The notes under the pieces: model-generated
Seen by the model: only the letters and a program-made list of their open reading frames with translations
Database searches by the model: none
Told to the model about the DNA's origin: nothing
Position numbers and translations under genes: made by a program
Part shown: one piece after another, positions 12,306-22,822 of the stretch
Layout: each line of letters starts with the position of its first letter
Position numbering within the stretch: the first letter of the stretch is position 1
Assembly (NCBI GenBank): GCA_024137785.1
Contig: JAHRHZ010000289.1
Location: 17,531,550-17,595,549, forward strand
Direction: 5' to 3'
Length of the DNA: 64,000 nt
Source of the DNA: Ginglymostoma cirratum
Lineage: Eukaryota

Positions 12306-14764
12306 CATCATTATCTTTGACATCCACCAAGCACCTGACCTTGACCCCTTCTTAGTTGTCATCAACATACTGCCCCTTGGCAACACCTTCCAAAGACACA
12401 ATATAAGGTATCACACGCATATTGATGACATCCAGCTCTGCCTCATCACCACCTATCTTGCTCCTCCATTGTCTATGATTTGTCACCTTCTTATCTGTTA
12501 TCTGGTAATGGATGAAAAGAGATTTAATCCAAATTAATATTGGGCAATGTCTTAGGTTCTTTCCATAAACTCCATTCCCTAGCTAGGTACTCCATTCCTC
12601 ACTTAGCAATCGTTAGAGACTGAAGTGGATTGTCCACAAATTTAGAGTATGTTAAGTCTGACGGTAAACAGTAGAATGACCCCAAAATGAGTTCTGATGC
12701 TATATCTATTTCATAACCAAGCCAGCCTACTTTGATCTCTGTAACTTCACCCAGTTCTGCTTCTGCCTACACTCACCTGAGCTAGCACTCTCGTTGATGC
12801 CTTTTTTATCTCTTACTTATCACTATTCCAATAGCCTCCAGCCTGGCCTGCTATTTTTTATCCTATATGAACTGGAGCTCTAGGACCTCTGCAACAAGTT
12901 CTGTACAACCCACTGCGCTGAGCTACAATGTCTTTAGGTTAAGTCATACGTCATTTTGTAAATTTTTACCCTTGTCAAATTCTTTCGTGACTTCACGCCT
13001 CCACATTTCGCTCATCTCTTTCAAGTGTACAAACCTACATAATCTCTACACTGCCCCTAACTCTGGTCTCTTATATGTTCCCACTTTTAGTTGCACTAAC
13101 ACAGGCAGCAATGCCTTAATCTGCAAAAGCTGTATAATCCAGATTTTTTCCCTAAACTTCTCTAATTCTGTCTCTTTCAAGATACTTCTAATATACTCAC
13201 CTCATGACTGAGCTGTTGGTCATTCTCTCTAATATCTCCTTCAGTGACTCATTATAAAAATAAATTTTGGTAATGGTCTTGTGAAATGGCTTGAGACCTT
13301 TTCAAATGTTAGCAAGCCTATATAAATACAACGGTTTGTTTTGTTCTTGTGGAACAAGGAAGACAAATAAAACTGAAAGCAGAAAGAAGAAAATGGGAAC
13401 AGACACAGTTTAGATAATTAAGGCTATATTCAGGATTGCTTCCCACCTTGCAGAGTGCAACCAGCTATTCAGTGAGTATAAGGACAAGCTAAGCTGAATA
13501 GTGGTGCACATATGATACTGTATGACAGCTATTATGATCAATAATACAACTGAAATGAGGAGGAACATTATGAGCAACCTATGACACCTTCTTCAAAGCT
13601 GTTAGTACTGATTGGCAAGTCTACTACTCACAACAAATCACAGTGTTATTAGAGTACATGAAGGACACAGTCAGAGATGAAGACCTCTTTGATAATTCCT
13701 CTTTGTCTTTTTTCAAACTATGACCTATCAGAAGCAAATGCAATTTCAGTGAAAAATTATTGATCCAGAAATTCCACTGAAAATAGGGCTCTCTTTTCAG
13801 GGTTTGAATAAATTCATTTATTTTTTGGAAACTAGTCTCACAAACATCGTTGCATCGAGTAAATTTATTTTTCTTGAATTGCCATTTCTGCACTTTATTT
13901 TTTTGTACACAGCTACAACATTAACCTGGTACATGAATCTCATCCTCCAGTTTTTGCTGCAGGCCTCTCACCAGTGGGGATATCATGGTTTTACTTCATT
14001 ATGTTGATAAGTTACTGCCTCAAATATTCTACAAATAACATTGCTTCATTGTCTTCAGAGATACTCCTCCAACTTGCGTAGATTTGTTTGGCCATTTTAT
14101 TTTACCTTTTGCAGGTGAATGGAAAGACTCCTAAAGACATTTTTATTCAAAGGCATAAAGGTGAGATGAAATGCATTTTAGAAAGGGCTCTAAATTGTAG
14201 TTGGACTGTTTATAGATCCATCTATTCTACTTCAGCTGAAATATATTTACTATTTGATCACGTATAAAATGACACTTAAGAAGTGGCAATGCTTTTATCC
14301 ATAATTTACCACATATCAATTTTTTTATCTTGTGCTCCTTTTGCAACCAGGTGAGCTCTTCCTGCTTATTTGTTTTTGTAGAGAGTTTACTGGTTTGCAG
14401 TTTCTTTGTGACTTGTTATAAGTAGAAAGTTCTGGAATCATTTATCCTAATTGTTGTTGTCACACATATATACATGTGTTTCTTCTGATTAATCTTCTGT
14501 TGTATTTGTTAACGTTGCGTGAAGTAAAAAAGCATGATTACATAAAGGCTTAAAAGGAAAAAACTGCAAAGGATAGAAAATGACCTCAGAAGACATACTG
14601 TCACAGAAAGGGTTGAATTTCCGCCTGTGGAAAATACATTTTCGTTAGCATTCAGCATAATTATACTTTGCTGATTTTTTTTATTCTTCACTTAAAATGA
14701 AGAAAACTGACATGTGGGTTTTCAAAAGACCATTAGACCATCTCTTTCCCAAGTTCCGTGACAT

Positions 14765-14952
14765 GTAGACAGGGTAGTTAAGAAGGTGTTTAGCGCACTT
14801 GCCATTATTGCTCAGACCTTCTGAGTATAGGAGTTGGGATGTTATTGTTGAGGTTGTACAGGACTTTGGTGAGGCCTCTTTGAATACTGAATCCAGTTCT
14901 GGTCTTCCTGTTATAGGAAGGGTATTATTAAGCTGGAAAGGATTCAGAAGAA
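14765..14952 (+). mobile_element. CR1 LINE RT C-terminal fragment
   Basis: gagtataggagttgggatg...ttgtacaggactttggtgaggcctc...cagttctggtc (LYRTLVRP...QFW motif). Confidence 0.7.
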
Positions 14953-16290
14953 AGCATGGTAAAGAAACGTCTGCGGAACAACAAACCAGCTCGGCGAGCC
15001 AACCAACCTCAACACTAACAACACTACTAAAAGAATGAGACACGAGTGACACCATCTCCACAGACAACGTGCTGAATTTACTGGACCATGCCTTACGACC
15101 CACTTTACCTTTTAATGGGCAAATCTATGAACAAATCAACGGGCACCCATTGGGTCACCTATCTCCGGACTAATAACAGAAGCGGTGATGCAGAGACTTG
15201 AAAGCGTGGTCTTTCCGCAGATCCACCCTAAACTATGGATCCGATACGTGGATAACACTTTTGTCATCATCAAACGGACTAAACTAGAGGAGACGCACCA
15301 ATCTAATAAACAACACTCTCACTGGTATCAAATTCACCAGGGAAGGAGAAAAGAACAAACAACTCCCATTCCTGGATGTTGTGGTAGAATGCAGGGCCAA
15401 TGGGGACTTTCTGACAAAGGTGCACAGAAAGGCCACACACACGGATCAAATCCTGAATTTCAACAGCAACTGACCCAACACCCATAAAGAGAGTTGCATA
15501 AAAACACTATTTCAATGAGCAACAACCCACTGCAGCAACCCGGAACTGTACCAAAATGAAGAAGAATACCTCTACCAAGTATTGAAGGACAACGGATACA
15601 CAAACAGCTGGGTCCGATGATGTCTATCACACAAACTACAACAGGAAGATATAGTACACCCTGACACACTCATCACATTACCATACATCAAAAACATATC
15701 CAAACTGACCACAGGACTCCTACGACCATTGGGCATCAGAGTGGCACACAAACCGATGTCAACCTTACGCCAACTACTAACTCGAACCAAAAACCCCTTA
15801 CCCACTATGGACAGAACCAAAGCGATATACAAGATCCCATGCAAGGATTGCAACAAACATTACATTGGACAGACTGGAAGGAAACAGGCCACAAGAATAC
15901 ATGAACACCAACTAGCGACAAAGAGACATGACCAGCACTCACTCATCTCCATTCACAAGGATAAGGAGAAGCACCAGTTTGACTGAGACAACATCAGGAT
16001 CCTAGGACAGGCCAAACAGAGACAAGCACAGGAATTCCTCGAGGCCTCGTTCTCCTCCAAGAAGGCCATCAATAAACACGTAGAATTGGACCCTATATAT
16101 ATACCACTGTGAAGAAAAAACGGAAATAAGGTAATCAATTCCAACAGACCCCAGAGTTTAAATACCAGGCAGGAAAACACAACAGCACTTCATCAGAGGC
16201 TGCACTGATGATGTTACCCAGCAGGGTAATGAAACGTCTGCAAACTAAGGAAGCAGCTCGGCGAGTGAACCAACCACAATGACCCTGAGT
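14953..16290 (+). mobile_element. Penelope-like retroelement (RT C-terminal half plus GIY-YIG endonuclease), 5'-truncated, with partial direct terminal repeat
   Basis: RT motifs PLGHL.P, WIRYVDNTF and LPFLDV. GIY-YIG AIYKIPCKDCNKHYIGQTGR...RIHEH. 14953-15013 repeats the 3' end (gaaacgtctgc...cagctcggcgag...aaccaacc). Stops and frameshifts are present. Confidence 0.9.
16201..16242 (+). ncRNA. Minimal type I hammerhead ribozyme in the Penelope 3' repeat
   Basis: Stem I UGCA/UGCA; core CUGAUGA (16205-16211); stem II GUUACCC-AGCA-GGGUAAU; GAAAC (16231-16235); GUC cleavage triplet (16236-16238). Confidence 0.85.
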
Positions 16291-16949
16291 AAGCAACGCT
16301 TGGTAAATTTGCATAGAATCTTTTCATGCAAAGTCATATTATGAGCTTTCCTTTGAAAGTCTTGTCCTTCAAATTGTTGATTTAAGTCAACTGTTAGCAC
16401 ATAGAATATTGTCCTTGAAATTGAAAGGTTCAGTTCCAGAGCAAATGCACAAATAAAGAGCATTACTTCAGAAGTACTGCTGTCCTATCTTGCTGTTATT
16501 TCACAATTTCAGATCCAAGTTTTCTTCAGCAAAAGAAAATTATTTGTTTTTAATGGTTAAAGAAATAGTCCAACTAGCATAGTTCCTTTAAAAAGTGAAA
16601 AGTTAGATTTAACTAATATCAACCACATAAACTTTCACAAATCACTCTTTAGGCTGGAGCTGGAGCACTGTGCCCAATTAATATGAAGGAATGAAGAATA
16701 CCAGTTGCCTCCAGAGGTTAGAGGAACAGTGATTGTTCTCCTTGGACAACAGCCATGAACAAGGTTGGTTAGGAACTCAGCTCTGCTTTGTATTGCAGTT
16801 TTACAAACATTTAATCCACTGAGGAGTGAAAATGAATTGAAATGAGGCTCCCACCTCACCTCTGGAGGACATCTGGTCTCTGAGAGCTACTGGACATCTG
16901 CTGCTGTCTCTCAGAGTGATGGTCACTAATGCGACTGCATCCAGTTCCA

Positions 16950-17398
16950 GTGAAGAACAACAAGATAGTGGATACAACAGAAATCTGGGGGCCTCATAGC
17001 AGGCTGAGGCAGACAGGGGTGTTGGACAGTGGGGCTGCAAGAGTGGAATGGAGGAATGGGGTGAAAGGGTGGTTGAGGAGCGAACATCTCACGGTCATGG
17101 GTGCCAGTGGCAAAAGGGGCCTGTGAAGGACCAACTCCGTCATTTCCTGCTTGATTCCTAAGCAGGCCACCTTGTTGGGCTTGCCTGATGTACTCCCACT
17201 GGCCATTAATTAGCCACTGAGGAGCCTCAAATGGGGTGAAGGTTGGGTAGGCGATAATGACAGCCTTGTCTGTCACTCATTGCATGACGGTAATGTCAGG
17301 GGCAGGCAACCAAATGGCTAACAAATCACCCACTGAATTTTACAGAATGTTACACGCCCCACTGTGTGGAGGACAGAGGTGCCTGAAAATTCTGGCTC
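16950..17398. mobile_element. Non-autonomous DNA transposon (Harbinger-like) fragment
   Basis: GC-richer block ending aaaattctggctc, resembling the GGGCYRRATTTT-type termini seen at 1163 and 28620. Confidence 0.35.
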
Positions 17399-20300
17399 TT
17401 ATCACAGACACAGGCATAAATCCCACCTTGTTACTGATACACAAAAAGGAAAAGAATTCAGAATTAATATCAGATATTATGTATGTTGTGGTCTTATATT
17501 TCTACTTTGGCAATAAAACAAAGAAAAAAATTACTGAATTATTTCATGCAATAAACTATTCTTAGAGGGACACCGTAGATGATATACTTATTTATTAGTT
17601 TCATTATTTTAGTCTCTTTGAGGCATTCACACATAAGGATGTTTACGGATTGATTTCCCAGTAGTTTTTTTTTGCACATTGAGTTAAAGTAATCTCCAAA
17701 CAGCAGCAATTATTTATCCACTTTAACAACTCACCTAGGACAATGTGCATATTTTCTATCACCAAGCTGCTCTGCAAGCTGTGTCAGGGCAATTTAATAA
17801 CCAAGAAAGTTTAATCTAACATTTATGACAGTGATAACTTTTTTTTTGTTTCAAAATAACATCTAATGCTCATTACCTCTGAATTAATTTAGTGAAAGAA
17901 GGTGTGGGACTTGATACTCCCTGATCAAAAAGCCAGTAAAATGCACATGACTTTAACAAATCACAGGAGAGGGACGATTCCTCACTTTTGTTATCAAATT
18001 ATTTATATATATTATTTAATATATTCTTAGCACTTGAGTTTTGAAAAAATGTGGATTTTATTCAAATTCTATGGAGATACTTGGATTTTCTTTTAACAAG
18101 ATAAATGAAAAGGCACCATGGAACTTTTGTTTTCGTAAGGTATTTCATAAAAGCCAGAGACGAAGGCAAGCCAGTTGGCGAGATAGTTGAGTTATCTAGA
18201 CTTCAGTTGCAGACGAAGCAGCTTGAACAAGAAAATGAAATTAAGAAAGTTGAACATAAAAGGAAAATGAGGTAAGTTGAACTTCAGAGGGAGTAAAGAA
18301 AAACAAAGAGAGGAAATGAACCATGAAAGAGTTGGTGCAGGTATTTCAAGGAGAAGGCAAGAGAAAGAGAATTGAAAAGAGCAAGAAAGGGAATACTGTT
18401 TTTGAAAGCTGGAACTTTCTGATGGGGAGGAATTTGAGTACAACCCAAGGCACAAGGGGGAAATCTTTAAATTTTTGGCAAGCCCTATATAAATTTGATG
18501 AATGAGATTTAGAAATGTTTATCGTTTCTTTCTAAACGAAAGCCAATCAGATAGGGTGGCCAAAAGAAAATCTGGACATTTCTTGTGCAAAGCAGGCAGA
18601 CTAGCAGAGATCATGATGCATCTTGCTTTCTGAAGAGGCTTCTGCAGATAATGAGGTGGCATAAGTAAACAATTGTTACTGCATTCAAGTTGGCTCTAAA
18701 ATTACAGGCAGAAATTTGAAAGCAGCCTGGGTGGACTTACATAGAATTTGAGATGATAAAACTAAACAATTTTGACTATTGGATGAAGACATTAATGACC
18801 CTCACAGAAATAATTCTTCTCAAGAAATTCAAAAATTCACTTCCTCCAGTTGAAAAAACTCACATAGAGAACAAGAAGGTTGCAATTACCAACTGAAATG
18901 ACTGAAATTACCAGCTGAAATGATTGATGATTATGAGCTACCTTACAGGTCCATACCTTTTTTCTGTCATACCCACAAATCCAGGAAAGATAGAAGCTGC
19001 AAGGAGGTTAAAAGGAAGGCACATAGCCAGTGATGAAGATGGACAGCTGAGAATGCCTAAGGATCTCCACCTTAGGCCAGAAAGGAAAATGCTGAAGATG
19101 GAAATGATGGCCAAAGGCCTAAATGTTTCCTTTGTCACTAAGTGGGACACCTTTGTGTGGATTGTCGGACGTTATGGTGTAAGCCCAAGGGGAGTAATTA
19201 GGGTACAAAAGGACAAAACAGAAGGGAGCCTTGACTAAAAGTATTACAGACCAAGACTTAGCTCTAACTGCAGCTGTAAGGTGAAGTGCAAACACTGCTG
19301 TGAGTGCAGGGGTGGAAAACAAAGTATGAATGATTTATTGTCACATTTATCTATGGAAATACTGTGAAAAGTGTGCTGTTGCCACAATCAGGTGCTATTT
19401 TGAGGTATAAAAGAATAAAAGAAGATACATAAATAGAGTTCATCTTCATCGGCTGGGGTTGCAAACACGGCTCCAGGACTTCAGCAAGGTCCCTGCTCCG
19501 GGCCTACCCACTCTGCCATTGCAGCAGCTGACACCTAGGAGTCCACACGTTGTGCCTATGAAGCAGGAGTCACAGCCAACAGCACTCTATCCTCCCTGCG
19601 ACATTAGGAAGATGAAGAAAAGAAAAAGAAAAAGAAAGAGAAAAGGAAAAAAGACGAAAATGAAAAAGAGAAAAAGAAAACACAACTAGCTTGAAGTAGA
19701 CGAGCTCAGCCCATTGCAGGTGTCTGAAAGTGACAGTGAATTTGTGTCAAAAGAGGAAGTGACACCTCAGCTTTTCTGCTGCGGAGAAAGATAACTTTTC
19801 CACCAAAGTGTGTATTGGATGCCAATGTTTTAATAAATGGTATTCGTGGGACGTATATACCTGTGCATTTGTATTGGCGCAACTTGTGTGACTTATGTAA
19901 CCACAAGGGCTATCCCTAGTTTACCTGTAAATGGAGTTGGCCTACTCTTAGGCAATGATTTGGTTAGAGCAATGATAGTAGCTCCTCCGATAGCCATAGA
20001 AAGACCAAATGACTTCAACGAGATAGAGAAGTTACAAGAACGGTTCCAGGGTTCTTTCCTTCACTTGTAGTGACCTGAGCAATGGCTAAACAAAATCCAT
20101 CATCAGAGATCAAACTGGCAGCACAGACAAATATTTGGAGCAGAATCTTTTAGGGATCTGGGTGGTGTGGGCCATGCCAAGGTTTGTGGCAGAATTGGAT
20201 GAGAAGTCTGGAGAGGTTGATCACACTGCATTTTTGATGCTTTTACTCAGTGGGTTATCAATTAAGGGAGACCCCTGCTTGATAAATGCCTTCTTAATGG

Positions 20301-20705
20301 TTCAACTCACCTCATTAATATTCAGGTCCCTATTTTATCAAACTCACCAGGCAAGCTGGATGTCCATTAAAACTCAACATGGAAACCCGGGCAGGTACTT
20401 GATGACTTTAGCTGAACATGGGCTGCAAAGGATCTCCGTGCTGGACAGCAAAAATCAATATCTCAGGGAGTTCTCCATGGACACCAGCTGCATACGCTCC
20501 TTGTCTATGGACATTGGCCTCTGATATGCATCAGCCTCTAAGAAATGACATGGCTCAGTTTTAGTTCACTTACAGCATTCTTCACTGCTTCAATGCTGCA
20601 TTTCAGGCTGCATCAGCAACTACCATTGTAATGTTACAGCAAGGACACTGTGCTCTCAGAGACATGCACCCAGCTCAGGCACTGGACCAGGCTGCATCTA
20701 TCAGA

Positions 20706-22100
20706 TAGGAGCAAATATTATGGATGCTGGAATCTGTACTGAAAACAAAAAATGCTGGAAAACATAGTGGATCAGGCAGCATCCATGGAGAAAAAGAAAG
20801 CTAATATTTCGAGTCTAGACGACTCTTCATCAGATCTGATGTGAAGTGTGGAGGGGGTAGCATTTATGCTATAGTGTCGGGGTGGTGTAGGATGTTGATT
20901 AAATGATCAGAAGGTGAAAATGGTACAACAATGGTGTGTCTAACTGCCAGAATGGAATGGACAGTCCCACTGAGGTGGGGGGAGAGTAGAGAGGACATGG
21001 TGACAGAGAATAGAACAAATAGAGCTAAAAGAAAGGGAAGGAATGGGAGTGGGTTCACAGTTTGAAGATTTTTAGCTCAATATTAAGTCCAGAAGGTTGT
21101 AAAGTGCCTCGTCTGAAGATGATATATCGTTTCTCCAGTTTGCACCCTGAATTGCCGGAGCATTGCAGCATGCCAAGGACAGACAAGTGGGCATGTGAGC
21201 AGGATGCTGTGTTAAAATGACCGGCTACAGGAAGGTCAGGGTCATACTTGTGCATACTTGGTCTGCAAAGTGGCCACCCAGTCTGCGTTTGGTATCTCCA
21301 ATGTAGAGTAGGCCACGTTGGGTGCAGCAAATACAATACACAAGGTTGGAGGAGGTACAGGTGAAATGCTGCTTCACCTGGAAACACTGTTTAGGCCTTT
21401 GAATGGTGAGCTGGGAGGAGGTTGCACCTTCTGTGGTTACATGGGAAGGGAATGTGGTTTTGGTGGTCCATGGTGTCCCAGAGGAAATGATCCCTGCAAA
21501 GTGCACACAGGGGGAGTGACAGGAAGATGTGTTTGGTGGAGGCTTTCTGCTGGAGTTGTCTGAAATGGCAGAGAATGATCCTTTGCATGTGAAGGCTGGT
21601 GGGATGAAAAATGAGGACAAGGAGGACCCGATCATGCTGCTGAGAGTGATGGGAAGGGGCAAGGCCAGAAGCACAGGTGGTAGGTTGGATGCCGTTGAGG
21701 ATCATGTCAACCTCCACAGTGGGCAGGAAACCATAGCTATGGAAGAGGGAAGCCATGTCAGCTGTGCTGTTTTGGAACATGGCATCATTCAAACAGATAC
21801 GATGTAGGCGAAGGAACTGGGAGAATGGGATGGAATCCTTACCGAGTGTGAAGAGCTGTAGTGAAGGTAGCTATGCGAGTCAGTGGCTTTGCAGTGGGTG
21901 ACAGTGGACAGTTTATTCCCTGAACTGGAGACAGAGAGGTCAAGGAAAGGAAGAGAATTGTGGGAAAAGGACAATGCGAAAGTTATAGAGGGGTGGGAGG
22001 CAAAATGAACAAATTTTTCAAGGTCTAGGCTGGAGCACAAAGCAGCACTTAAAAAAGTAGACAATGTACTGAGAAAAGGGGTGTGGGAGAGGGTCAGTGT
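20706..22100 (-). mobile_element. Penelope-like retroelement (RT thumb plus GIY-YIG), nested in Gypsy
   Basis: LPFLDLSVS, DSHSYLHYSSSH, FTCTSSNLVYCICCTQRGLLYIGDTKRRLG, LPVAGHFN and LQPSGLNIE. Its 3' end is homologous to the short palindromic elements. Confidence 0.9.
20799..20837 (-). ncRNA. Minimal hammerhead ribozyme motif in the Penelope 3' region
   Basis: Minus strand reads AGAU-CUGAUGA-A-GAGUC GUCUA GACUC-GAAA-UAUU-AGCU, with a perfect stem II. Confidence 0.7.
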
Positions 22101-22604
22101 AGGGTATCAGAAATAGAGATGGGTATCAGAAATATATTGAGTGTGTGATATTGGACAGAAGATGGTGATACTTATTCTAGTGGTGTGGAAAAAGACATTG
22201 ACTTTCTTCTTACTGTGCTTTGTATTCTTTCAGATGGCAGAGACTACTCTAACCTAGATGACAACGTTGGACCAGGCTGGCATGGCCTGGTATTAGGGCC
22301 TCTACTGGTGGCCTTGAAGGAAGATGATGCCCACCTATGCCAGCAGGACCTTGTTGACAAAGCAGAACAATGATTTCCCCCTGTCTACCATTTCTGAGCA
22401 AATGTCTGGAAACTTTCAGGGCAGTTCTGAACTGACAGTACATCTCTGAGTGTACAACCGGTTTTCAAAGATAACTGAGGGATGCTGGTGAAATACGGGA
22501 TATCTGGTGACTGGTGGGTTGTTCTGGGAATAGTCCTTTGTAGGATGGGACTAGAAATGGATATATGGGTGTCATACAGGCAGGGTAGGTAACAAATAAG
22601 GCAC

Positions 22605-22822
22605 AAAAACAGAAGTTGCTGGAAAGGCTCAGCAGGTCTGGCAGCATCTGTGCAGAAAAAAATCAGAGTTAACGTTTCAGTGACCCTTCCTCAGAACCGA
22701 ACCCGAAGCGTTAACTCTAATGTTTTCTCCATAGATGCTGCCAGACCTGCTGCGCTTTTCCAGCAACTTCTGTTTTTGTTCCTGTTTTACAGCATCCACA
22801 GTTCTTTCGGTTTTTATTTAAT
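22605..22822. mobile_element. Palindromic Penelope-like insertion with TSD
   Basis: Inverted arms aaaaacagaagttgctggaaa...gttaacg / cgttaac...tttccagcaacttctgttttt. TSD AAATAAGGCAC (22594-22604, 22823-22833). Confidence 0.85.

Larger units (their letters stand above)
10400..13345 (+). mobile_element. Degenerate L2 LINE (RT region to 3' end) with nested insertions
   Basis: QASFHP.HSTETVLVKVTSDIL at ~11815-11885, HIDDIQL (YADD equivalent) at ~12418-12440, and 3' end aatgttagcaagcctatataaataca. Confidence 0.7.

Noticed and set aside
18884-18927. 22-bp imperfect tandem duplication; similar small duplications at 22102-22134 and ~55397-55418
   Set aside because: Ordinary slippage or junction duplications within dead TEs.
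19459-19689. ORF with a poly-Lys/Arg tail resembling an NLS or protamine
   Set aside because: Translation of a GAAAA low-complexity tract inside a repeat.
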